Part shown: piece by piece, positions 34,451-46,119 of the stretch
Layout: every line of letters starts with the position of its first letter
Position numbering within the stretch: the stretch's first letter is position 1
From: Ylistrum balloti
Lineage: Eukaryota
Reading direction: 5' to 3'
NCBI RefSeq assembly: GCF_031769215.1
Contig: NW_026782064.1
Span: forward strand, 310,001 to 374,000
Length of the DNA: 64,000 nucleotides
The notes under the pieces: model-generated
What the model saw: the letters and a program-made list of their open reading frames with translations, nothing else
Database searches by the model: none
What the model was told of the DNA's origin: nothing
Position numbers and translations under genes: made by a program

Positions 34451-37400
34451 CAGTGTTCCCACTCACTTTTCAAACTGGGGGTATTCATACCCCACCTTCC
34501 AAAAACTGGGGGTATGAAGTTAAAAAGTGGGGGTATGATTGATGTTATAGGTATATAGGGTCAAATTCCATGTTTCTTTTCAGTTCATATTAGTTAATGT
34601 GTTCTTTATGGAATATGAGGATGAGTATGTTTGATTTATTGTTCTGATTTTATTGTTTCACTGAAAATAAAATAAAATACAAATATCACTGAATGAAATG
34701 TTTTTTTTTTATTATCATCGATCCAATGGCATCAAACTGTTTTTGTTATAATACTGTTGTAAACGTTTTTCTTGGAAACATACTATGTAGCACTTGTATT
34801 AATAACAAGGCCAATGATAAGTAACATTAAAGGTTTTACAACACAGAGTTGAGACAGTACTAGCGAAATATTGCTTTTACAATATTTTGTCACAAGCTCG
34901 GTGGACAATTTCCTCTGGATCAAAGTCATCTTTGTTTGAATAATATCCAATGACCATTCTGTCCTCAACAGTAGAAACACTTCTTTTATTTGTCGAGGCA
35001 GAATGGTGACGGTTTTGGAGTGAAAATCCCCTTTCACAGGGGACTGAAGTTAATGGCACAGTCATGAATATACCAGCTAGAACACAAAAGTCTGGAAATT
35101 CCTCAGTGTAGTCATTTGTGATCTTTAAACACATGTCTGTTACCTCAAAATGTCTGTTAACATTTAGCAAAAATTTGAACTGCAGATACTCATCTCTGGT
35201 TCTATTAGGATCAATGAGATTGTCACCTTCACCCCCTCCATATTTCTCTATCACTCTCTCAAGGGATTCTGTGCCATGGTTAACAATACCTGCATGGTTC
35301 ACTGGCAGTATTTTCGGATTAAGAACATCATTCAGGTCTTTCAAGTCCCTCATATTGTCTTCTGGAAAGCGTTCATTAAATTCTGACACCAAGTTTCTGA
35401 CAAAAGCTCGCTTAACATCTCTGAATACAATCCTATCCCTAATAGAACATGTAAGTGGAATCCCTTTGTACTCATCAGATTCCTCAATAGTGTCTAACAA
35501 ATCAACTACAGTTGGAGGGTCAGTATGGTAAAAAGATTGTATGGTATCTCGAGCTGAGATAACCATAGATGTGACCTGCTGAATATCAATAATGTCTCTC
35601 TGGAATGTTCTGGATAATTTACAAAATATGTTCTGTATATCCTTCAATAGACATAATACTGAAATGAATTTGAATGTCTTGATGTCTCTCCCTATCCCTT
35701 TTGCTTTTGCTCCACCCTCAGTTCTGGGAGCATTGGCGGCTTCATGTTCCATTCCTAAGATGAGTACAGACCAGTTTTCATAGACTGCAATTATTGCATC
35801 TTGTAGTGATAACCACCGAACCTCTGTTGGTTTTTTAAACTTCTTAACCTTTTCTTTCATGATTTTTTTCAATTCCCAAAGTTTGTTATAACGTGGAGCT
35901 GAAAATTCATAATAATAATAAATTGCTATTAACAGCTCCTGTACTTTTCTTAAGTATGGAACTTTCTTAGCAGCCCAATGTGCCACCAAAGACAACCTAT
36001 GTGCTGCACACCATACATGAATTATGTGAGGATTCTGTGCCCTTAACTTCACTCCAACACCTGAAAGTCTACCAGTCATCACTGCTGCTCCGTCACTTCC
36101 AAATCCAGAAATGTTCTTGAAGCTAATGCCAACATCGTCCATCCAATTTACAATAGCATTATATATTGTATCTGCTTTTCCATCACTTACAGTTACATTT
36201 GCACAGAACTCTATTTTGATTTGACCAGCATGTACAATTTTACAAAACATAATAAGTTTTTTATTTGTGGCAATATCCATGGATTCATCTACCATAAGAC
36301 CAACAAATGGACTATCTCTCACTCGGACAATGGTCAATTCTCTCAACACGTCTGCCAGTGCTCTTTGCATATCACTAGGTGCCTGATGATTTGTATAAAT
36401 CCCACTTGATGAAGTTGAACTCCTTCCCGCGGAACTCTTTTGAAATACTGTTGATCCATTTGAAATCTGATTAAAAAATGAAATAATAAATTACTGGTAG
36501 TGGTATTCTTTAGTTTGTTTTATTCATAGATCATTTTAAAATGTTAATGTTAAATGACATGAATTTATTTTTAATTATTTACTATTAACTAGTTAAAATT
36601 TGTTATTTATCCAAATTAAAACTAAGAATGAAATCCTAACAATTTGTTTAATAACATGTCTCCAGTATAGTCACGTGTACAATGTATTTTGTGATTTTGT
36701 TTTTTATCCACATTGACAATATTCATAACAATGGTAATCCTTCCCACTGTTCTGACCATTAATCAAATTTCTTACACTAATGAAATAACCACCTGCAGAT
36801 CTACTAAGCTTATAAACTTGCGGTTAGCAATGTTCTCCTTGGCCAGCCACAGTGCCGTCTTCAGTTGAGCCTCGAGTATACGCTGATAATTCTTTTTCAA
36901 GCATGTTTTGGCAGCGTTCATGTACACCTTTTGTCGTTTTGTCTGAATCGATAGTAGATGATCTTTTGACTGCTGATGTCGCACAAGCGCTGATCTCTGA
37001 AAATTTTTGGTTCCTTTACAAAACGGCGAAAATTTACAGTGCGGCATTTCCTTACATAGGGAACAGAACATACCGGAATCTTCTTTTCTCAGCCAATCGA
37101 ATTCTAACAGCCATTTCTGTTGAAAAGTTTTTGGATATTGTGCCGATGATGTTTTAGTATGTTTTCTTGTTTCAGACGAGCTGTCTATTTCATCATCATC
37201 TCTACTTTTTCGTTTGTTTCTGCTAACAGCAGACGATTCCCAAAAGCTATTGAGTGTCACCTGCGCCATTTTGTGTATACATCTATGCATTCGGGTATCT
37301 CGGTTCTAGGCATAATCCGCATAAAGCGGCCCGACACGTTCCGAAGGATTATCATAAGTCTGACGGGTTGAGGGGCAAGAATTAGTGATTCATAAATGTG

Positions 37401-37492
37401 CGTGAATATTACGTATATCTCTGTATTTTCTTACGTGGGAATTTACATTTTAAACGTGAATTACGTACATATGTGCGTGAATGGGAACACTG
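34451..37492 (-). mobile_element. hAT-superfamily DNA transposon (hAT5-like, 5-bp TSD), 3042 bp
   Basis: TIRs cagtgttcccactcac (34451-34466) and gtgaatgggaacactg (37477-37492), 15/16 match; TSD ATATG at 34446-34450 and 37493-37497; encodes a ZNF862-like hAT transposase. Confidence 0.93.
34877..37269 (-). CDS. Two-exon hAT transposase (ZNF862/DUF4371-type with N-terminal zinc finger), about 689 aa; exons 37269-36793 and 36466-34877
   Basis: Phase-0 intron CAG|GTGGTT ... TTTTTTAATCAG|ATT. Motifs: W..EF.WL and CSLC...H zinc finger, LMVDESMD, GSDGAAVM, CAAH, RW and SVPCERGFS. No internal stops or frameshifts. Confidence 0.9.
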
Positions 37493-37497
37493 ATATG

Positions 37498-40400
37498 TAT
37501 CACGATAAGGTTAAAACATACTATGAGAAGTTAAACGATATCAAGAATGAGCTAAGGTCACTGCCAGACGACATAGAGGGAGGAAAAAATGACAAAGATA
37601 CTTTACTAGCTCTCGATAAACTAGTTTCATGTGTCGAAGTATCATACTTCAAAAGCGCCGATATATTTCGCGACTTCTTACGGAAAACCAGATCAGTTGA
37701 AAGTGTAAATGAACTCACGCAACTAGATACAGAAAGAAACTTGTTCTTTGCAAAATCAAACGCAATACGAAAAACAATAAAAACATATGTACAGCAGTTA
37801 GAGCTTGATATTTCCGAGAGTGAGTGTACTTCACAGTCGGGTTCTGCATCTCACCATTCCGGGTCTCGCCATTCCTCACAAAGAACTGCCGATAGTTCAA
37901 TATTGCGCAGGAAAGAAGCTAAACTTGAAGCCCAGCGTGTACGATTGCAACATTTGGAGGAAGAATTGGCTTTAAAAGCTCAACTAAAGCAGTTGCGAGC
38001 AAAGCGTGATTTAGAAATGATTGAAAGAGAAGTGAATGTACTCAAGGAACCTCCGTATTCAATATTTAGCGAAGTTGCGAGTAGGGTAAACAGTGCAGAA
38101 CGTACCCGAGATTATGTGGAGAACTTGCCGCAAAGCTCTGCTGTAGGACCGGAAACTGCAGACCCCATAATTTCTACTCTTGACCCTGCAATCCCCCCCT
38201 TTGTGCCTAAAGCTCCGACACGGGCTGATACCCAGAGTGGAATCGTCGACACATTCACAAAACATCTCGTAAAACGAGAACTGATTACGACAAGGTTGGC
38301 CAAGTATGACGATGACCCTATGAGGTTTCTCTCCTGGAAAATTAGTTTTCAAGGGATAATGAAAGATGTGGAGGCTACCAAGACCGAGGAGTTAGAATTA
38401 TTGTGCGAATTTTGGGTCCAGAATCTTCCATACAAGCGAAGAAGATACAAGGTTATGGCGTGCATGATCCAGATCTAGCATGCAAGAAAATCTGGGAGAG
38501 ACTTGAAAGGCGCTATGGTGCACCGGAAATGGTTGAAGCTCGTCTTCACAGCAGAAACTGTCGACAAATATCGTCTTCTGTATGATCTGACCGACTTGGC
38601 TATGGAAATCTCTTCTATCAACCGCAGTTTGGAGCGTTATTCGCGTATGTCCACTCCAAAAAGGGCGTGAATGAACTTGTCGAGAAGTTACCTTGGAATG
38701 TCAAGGAGAAATGGACCTCTGCAGCTACACGCTATAAGCAACAGAAAAATGTTCTGTATCCTCCATTTGAGTTCTTCGTCAAGTTTATTGAGAATATGGC
38801 TAGCATGGGGAACGACCCTGCCTTTCAGTTTGAATCCAAGGCTCCTCGACAAAATAATCCGAATTCGAAGTCGCCATCCTCTACAAAGCGAAACGTAACC
38901 GTTATGAAGGTCAATGCCCAAGAATGGCCTGAGGACTCTGAAATCTGTCCGCTTCACAAGAACGGTAAGCACGTCCTCAACGAATGTAAACCGTTTAGAC
39001 AAAAGTCTATCGACGAACTGAAAAAGATCATACTCTTGAGTGGTATATGTTTCCGTTGTTGTTCTGGAAAGAAACATCGAGCGAGAAATTGTAAGACCCA
39101 AGTGAAGTGTAACATCTGTCAAGCTGCAACTCATCCTACTGCTCTGCATGAAGAGAAAGGCTTAAGTTCTTCCCAGGTCTTCAATCCCAATACTTCATCA
39201 GGTTCTCAAAACTACGAAGGGGAGAGAAAGCCTGCAGAGACTGCTACATCAATGTGCGCTCAAATCACCGGCGTATGCAAATCATGCGCCAAAATAATTC
39301 CAGTGCGTGTATTTCGCGAGTCCATTCCCGAAGAATCCGTCATCGTTTACGCGACTATCGATGACCAAAGTAATCAGTCGTTAGGAACGTCGGTATTATT
39401 CAACCGTTTCAATGAGTCCTGCAAAGATATTCCCTACACTCTAGTGTCTTGTTCCGGCGCAGTCGCTGCTGCGGGCAGGATGTGCACTGGCTATAAGGTT
39501 CAATCTCTCGACGGAAGTTGCGAACTTGCTATTCCTAGTCTGTTGGAATGCAACAACATTCCTAGTAGCAGGGATGAGATTCCATCTCCCGAGGTAGCTA
39601 TCTGAGACACGTAGCACCGCTTATTCCGCATGTCATTGAAGATGATGACATGGAGCTCCTTCTTGGCAGGGACGTTATTCGTGCCCACGTTGTTGAGGAC
39701 CAGATATTGGGAGAAGAGGATCAGCCTTTTGCTCAGAAGCTACCGTTAGGATGGGTGATTGTCGGACAAGTTTGTTTTGGTGGAGCACATATTTCTGAAG
39801 TCCGAACTATGAAAAGCTACATACTAGGAAATGGTAGACATTCTAGGTTTTCACCATGCGAAAACGAGCTTTCCGTGCAAAGAGATTTGTTTGAGAAGAC
39901 TGATCAGGACGAGAGAATAGGTTTGTCGGCAGAGGATCGTACCTTTTTTGAGGTTATGGAACAATCATTTGCGAAAGATGAGAATGGCCGTTGGGAAGCG
40001 CCTTTTCCATTCAAGAAGGATAGGACGCGATTATCGAATAACAAATGTCAAGCACTCAGACGAGCTAGATCCTTCGATCGTTGTTTGCATCATAACGAGC
40101 AAAAATGTGCCCACGTGAAGGACTTTATGAAAACATTGTTCGCCAGAGGTCACGCAGAAAAGGCTCCCGATTTACCCGATGACGCAGAATGTTGGTTCCT
40201 CCCTTTGTTCGGGGTCTACCATTCTAAAAAACCGAGTTCCATAAGGGTCGTATTTGATTCCTCTGCCCAGCACGAAGGGATATCCCTTAACGATGTGATG
40301 ATTAAGGGTCCTGATTTCGCCAACAACTTGCAGGGTATATTGATGAGATTCCGCCAAGAGGAAATCGCGGTTGTGGCTGACGTGGAACAAATGTTCCACA

Positions 40401-43112
40401 ACTTTCGAGTTGTTGAACCTCACCGCGATTACCTCCGTTTTTTTCTGGCACACGAACAATGACTTGGATTCTCCCTTGAAGGTGTTTAGGATAACGGTAC
40501 ACGTGTTTGGAAACCGAACCTCTCCCGCGGTTGCGAACTATGGCCTTCGTAAGTCGGTGTCATCTGCTGATCCGGATGTGCAGAGGTTTGTGTCGGACAA
40601 TTTTTATGTGGATGACGGAATGATGAGTTTTCCGAGCGTTGAAAGGGCTGTTAGTTTGGTACAGAGAACGCAGACAGCGTTGTACGATGGCGGAAGATTG
40701 AGGCTCCATAAGATCGCTTCCAATTCGACGGAGGTATTGGAACTGTTCCCCAAAGAGGATTTAGCGAAAGATCTTAAAGATCTAGATCTAGGTCAAGACT
40801 GCTTACCTGAACAGAGGAGTTTGGGGATTTGCTGGGATATTGTTTCCGACCGTTTCTTGTTTCGCGCAGACAAAGACCTGAAACCATTTACGCGTAGAGG
40901 CGTGTTATCCGTGATTAACAGTCTATTCGATCCTATTAGTTTTACGGCTCCCGTGACAGTCGAAGGAAGGATACTCATGCGGGAGGCCATGTCGTCAAAG
41001 TGTGGCTGGGACGAGTTGCTTCCGTAAACGTTGAGGATCCATTGGGAAAGGTGGGTTGACGAACTTGTTCACCTTCAGGACTTCACCATTCCACGTATGC
41101 ACTGTTCGTTGTCTGTGGAGATGTCATCGCGTGTTGAAGTTCATGTATTTTCCGACGCATCGAAAGAGGCTGTTGCCGCAGTGGCATTTATCAAAGTGTT
41201 TTCTGAAGACTCTAGTGAGATTGGGTTTCTTACCGGGAAGGCGAAGGTGGCACCTGCACATGGCCACACGATACCGAGATTAGAACTGTGTGCTTCGCTT
41301 CTCGCGGTCGACATTGCAGAGAATATTAGAGAGCAACTCGATGTACCCAAAGACATGTTTACATTCTACACGGACAGCCGCGTTGTGTTGGGCTATATTT
41401 CGAATGAATCCAAAAGGTTTCACGTGTATGTCGCGAATCGGGTGAGCAGAATCCGATCCTTTTGTGGACCTCATTCCTGGAAATACGTCGCATCGAGTGA
41501 AAATCCCGCCGATATAGCTACTCGCGGTTGTAGCGCTTTCGAACTTCCGAATAGCCTGTGGATTAATGGCCCTTCTTTTCTTCGCAAGGGTCAAGACATC
41601 GGTGACGCGTCGTTTACTTGGTTGTGAACGTTTCGAACGGTTCTCAATGTGGACAAGCTTAGTGCGAGCGATAATGTTCTTGAAACGGGTGATAAGGAAA
41701 CGGAAATCTTGCGATGTAAACGCCGTTGAACTCAGAGCTGAAGCAGAGCGTTTCATCATTCGGCAAGCACAACAAGAGGCTTTCGCAGCAGAGATTAGCG
41801 CAATCAGTACCGGAAAGAGTCCCCCGAGAGATAGTTCTTTGTCGACACTTTGTCCCATCTTGGATCCAGAAGGCATTTTACGTGTAAATGGACGTCTCAG
41901 ACAGATGAGAGTAAATGACGATAATCCTTCTTTGCGTAACCACCCTATTGTCATTCCTAAGGGACATCATGTTGGGAAACTGCTTACGCGACAGTATCAC
42001 GCTGAAGTTCACCATCAGGGGAGGCACCTTACGGAAGGTGCGCTCCGTTCTGCAGGTTATTGGGTTGTTGGTGGACGTCGCTTACTCAATTCCGTTATTC
42101 ATTCTTGCGTTACATGCAGGAGGTTGCGAGGCAAGTTTGGATGGACACATATGGCACAACTTCCTCCGGATAAAGTGGAATCTTGCCCGCCATTTTCCTT
42201 CGTAGGAGTGGATGTTTTTGGCCACTGGCCAGTTGTCGTGAAAAGATCACTTCGTGGAAGTACTACCAGCGCTAAACGCTGGGGCGTTCTATTCACCTGT
42301 CTTGTGTCTAGAGGTGTACATATAGAAGAGATGAGTAGTTGTCAGTTTATCAACGCCCTTCGCAGATTTACCGCTATTATGGTCCTGTGCGTCAGTTTAG
42401 GTCCGACCGCGGATCTAATTTTGTTGGTGCCGTTAAAGAGTTGGGCATCAGTGCTTCATTCATCGAGGACCGACCGATCCAGGAATTTCTCGAGAACGCT
42501 GGCAGTTCTTGGTTGTTTAATCCGCCGTACGCACACCATTTTGGAGGAGCCTGGGAGCGGATGGTGGGTTCATGTCGGCGTATATTGGACGGTCTTCTGT
42601 TGGAGAACAAGTCGAAGGATTTGATGCATGATACACTTGCAACGTTTATGGCAGAGGTGTCCGCCATCATGAACTCACGACCGTTGTTGCCAGTATCTAC
42701 GGATCCAGAGTCGATTCTTTCGCCGTCGCTTATTCTTACTCAGAAACCTCAGGATAGCGTTTCACCCCTCGACCTAACAGGTTTTGGTTCGAAGGATGCT
42801 CTAAGGAGTCAGTGGAAATTCGTGCAACGTATGGCCGACGAATTCTGGCGTCGTTGGAAACGGGACTATCTTCATCATTTGCAAGTTTGTCAAAAATGGT
42901 AAGGGCGTGGAGTTTCCTTCAAAAAGAATGACATTGTGTTGATGAGGGATGACACCAATCGCAATAATTGGCCGATTGGAATAGTTGAGGAAGTCTATCC
43001 GAGTAAAGACTCCGTAGTACGAAAAGTGAAACTGTCAGTTGTTCGTGGAGATACTCGTGTATCATATGTTCGACCTATTTCGGGACTTGTTCGATTAGTT
43101 GCTTTCGAATGA
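37498..43112 (+). pseudogene. BEL/Pao gag-pol, disrupted
   Basis: Domains are spread over ORFs 37396-38478, 38667-39605, 39650-40462, 40371-41027, 41031-41627, 41566-42624 and 42339-42902, plus a C-terminal tail to TGA at 43110-43112; at least seven frameshifts or stops. Confidence 0.93.
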
Positions 43113-43358
43113 ACTGATAAACATTTTCATGTGTAGCGGACACATCTGACTTTGATGTAAACATTTGAACTTTCTGTGAATTCGTATGTTTGTGTTCTTA
43201 TGATCAACATTATTTAATTTTAGGGTCCGACAGAAGTAGGCCGATGGTTGAAGTAATTGTATTTCATTGTGATATATGTTTATAAGTACTCTTATTGCAG
43301 TAACATTCAATTCTATGTAACACTTATTGGCGATTTCCTTTGTAAATCGGAAGGGGAG

Positions 43359-43578
43359 TGTGATGTATCCGGAAAGTCAATCGGTTCCGCCGGTCGACCC
43401 TGGCATTTAGTATCGCCGTAGAAAGCATTGCTATGAGCCGCCATGTTTGACGCTGTTTGTTCAGCGCGGTTTACGGATGTATGCAAAGTGCAATACATAG
43501 AGATACACCACGAATCTTTCATCCTCACTGGAGGATGGATTAAACATTAAACCTAGAAGAGTTGTTTGTTCTCGCACA
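43359..43578 (+). repeat. 3' LTR of BEL/Pao element
   Basis: Direct repeat of 34119-34338, preceded by a polypurine tract. Confidence 0.97.
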
Positions 43579-43789
43579 ATTATTATTATTACCATCATTT
43601 ATTTATCTATGTTTAAACAGATGGGCTAATGACATGAATTTTGAATGAAACTTCTATCATAAATGCGAAGATGTTACATTATGTATTAATATAAAAAACG
43701 CTACAGCCGATACGTAGCAATAATAAAACAGTAGGAAAATACCAACATGTCAACAGAACCATATTCCAAACTCAAATCCAATAAAACTA

Positions 43790-44300
43790 AAGCAAATTAG
43801 GAATAAAATAAAGATTTACACGGAGACTCCTGAAAACGTACAAGGAGAATATGACCAGCGAACAAGACGACATGCGCCATGTAAACCTTGGTCAACCCAA
43901 GTAAGTTATTTGACGTCCTCAAATGATAACAAGGTAAACAACATCAGAACCACCAGGCAAACTAACGAGCATCAACCACGTACAGCATAACACAGTATAT
44001 TTCTTAATGAGATCACTACGATTTAAATCTTCCCCATACTTTTCATCACGAATCTTTTGAAATCCTGTATTACGAGTTTGTCCGTCAATGGGAACAGACA
44101 CTTGAATATCGAATCACCTGCGACATGTAAACACCATAGGTTGGGGATGCAGGAATATTGCTACCTAGGAATGGAAAATTCACAACAGGGAAGTTTAAAT
44201 CGTCATGCTAAGTGATAAGCTGTTCATGTTGGTTTCGATGCAGGGAAAGATCGAGATAAACGGATGATGTAGAAGAGTGTGTAGTGTCCTTGAATTGGGT
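43790..44300 (-). mobile_element. Penelope-like RT C-terminal fragment (decayed)
   Basis: Minus-strand VYLDLSL ... HDDLNFPVVNFPFLGSNIPASPTYGVYMSQVIRYSSVCS matches the Penelope motif SYLDL...DDFNFPIVNFP.LSSNIP.SPAYGVY.SQLIRY.RACS. Confidence 0.82.
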
Positions 44301-45826
44301 ATATGCGATAAACGTGATAAATAAATCTCTTGTTAATTAATAAAAAGACGACATCAATATAGCCAAAAGTGAAACTGAATGACATGGAAAGGTCTTTGTG
44401 ACATGCTTTGATAATATCTTCGAAAAATTCAGCCTTTTATGAAAACAAAAACATTTCAGCCAACAGAGGGGCACAGTTACTTCCCAGGAGAATGACAATA
44501 GTCTTATGCTTAAACAATCAAATTGATATGCAAAGACAAGAAATAAACCCGTGAATTATGGGTGGTGTCAGTTTTGTGGTTTTCATATTCCTTTTTTCCA
44601 GGCTAATGGTAACCATAACAACGTATAAACAAGTAAGTGTTTCTCTGATGGGTATTTGTTAGATTTGCGTTAATAGGTAGGATGTTTTGCTTCTGTACAA
44701 TTACGGAAAACAATGAAACATAAAACGTAAAATTATCTAAAACATAATTCAACAATGCAATGGTAAGTGAAACGAAAGAAACAAAATCATGTAACTGTGC
44801 AATGTTTAAAAAAAGTCCTCAAGATCCACCATTTTCACCACTATTTAGACCCATTTGTTAAGACCTGGTTAGTGTCAATAGTCCTGGAAGGACGAAATAG
44901 CTGTATGACGCAGTTTAATTCATTATTTGAAATTCAAAATTTGTATGAAACGGTGCTATTCATTTTTGTGTCTTTTGTACAATTTTATACATATTATGAC
45001 GGCTAATTAATGAAGACCGCATATGTTCATAAATAAAAGGCCTTTATTCTTATTTTTTAAAATGTTTTGCATCGTTGAAGTCGCAAAACCTAGACTGTGA
45101 AAGTAGATTTGATTAAAAATGTTGATCATCTATGTGATAATGCCATTTTAGATAAAGTAAGAAGACTGTCTGCTTTTAAATTGAATTTCACGTAAATGAG
45201 AATCTAGAGGTCGTGTGGCAGTACATCTCAATCTTGTTCAATTAGAGCTTGATGCACTCCTTTCTGGAAGGCAAGACTTGATAAATGCTCCGATGTCAGT
45301 GAGTTTATGATGTGCAGTAATAATTGTTCAGTATTAAACTTATGGTATACTTGTGTAAGCAGTGTTGGAGAAGAAACACTTTATTTCAGGTTTCGAAGGA
45401 GCAATAAAGACAACAAGTCTTCCTTTGAAGTGAACCAGTCGAAGATAACAGAGTTTATTACTATTGTAAAACGGTCAACCTCATCATAACACAGGGACTC
45501 AACGAACGGACCCAAATATCGTAGTTTCTCAAAAATACTCGTTTTTGTTTACATTGGATTTCCTTAATAAATCTCACGAAATGCAGCTGTACAATCATTC
45601 GTGGATTAAGGGGTAACAACGAATTCAACGAAAATAAAGGATTTCATAGTCAACCGGCCATGGAATTAGGAACGGAATCGTTATGTTTTTAAAGAAAATA
45701 AACTACTCAAAAGGATAAAGGTTTTATTACAGTGCTGATAAACTAAAGCTGATTGTAAAGTAAGAAAAATCTCTATGTAGATATGTTCAGATATGTTTTT
45801 ATGTATAAAAGACTTCATTTCACCTG

Positions 45827-45830
<4 letters not shown>

Positions 45831-45912
<82 letters not shown>
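45831..45912. repeat. (GA)n microsatellite, about 40 units
   Basis: Pure gagaga run. Confidence 0.99.
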
Positions 45913-45917
<5 letters not shown>

Positions 45918-45980
45918 TATTATAATCAATTAAACGAATGTACAGAAAAAAGATATATACAAAGAAACTTTACTAGTATT

Positions 45981-45994
45981 TTTATTGTTTTATT
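45981..45994 (-). terminator. Candidate polyadenylation signals (two AATAAA) of the astacin gene
   Basis: tttatt at 45981-45986 and 45989-45994 on +, 36-49 nt downstream of the TAA stop; the AT-rich background lowers specificity. Confidence 0.5.
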
Positions 45995-46029
45995 GTATAA
46001 TAAATAATACATGATAATTTGCATAATTT

Positions 46030-46119
46030 TTAATGAGTACATTGACCAGGGGTAACCTGAACATCATCAATAGCTAAGTCACCGTGGAAATTTCCTCCAG
46101 TTGCACCTTCAAGCTCGAA
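46030..46119 (-). CDS. MAM domain terminal exon with stop
   Basis: CTTCCGTTTCAG|[29 protein letters not shown]. Confidence 0.95.
   Translation of the reverse strand, partial: FELEGATGGNFHGDLAIDDVQVTPGQCTH

Larger units (their letters stand above)
34119..43578 (+). mobile_element. BEL/Pao LTR retrotransposon, full length but decayed, with nested DNA transposon
   Basis: Two 220-bp TG...CA LTRs; PPT ggaaggggag before the 3' LTR; near-TSD GTTAT/ATTAT. Gag has three Cys/His knuckles (CPLH..H..EC, CFRC..H..C, CNIC..HPTALH), then PR (IDDQSNQS), RT (DVEQMF, FYVDD), RNase H (VFSDAS) and IN (HHQG, CVTC, GVDVFG, SDRGSNF, GGAWER), in PR-RT-RH-IN order. Confidence 0.96.

Noticed and set aside
37396-37497. 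N-terminal extension MCVNITYISVFSYVG... of the gag ORF in the track
   Set aside because: Derived from the hAT terminus and TSD; the true gag start is at 34379.
8850-44300. Hammerhead ribozyme expected in Penelope-like terminal repeats
   Set aside because: Checked the CTGATGA occurrences by eye; none had a properly placed GAAA and stems. An Infernal search with hammerhead models would be needed.
45783-46007. ORF with ERERER run
   Set aside because: Translation of the (GA)n microsatellite downstream of the astacin stop.
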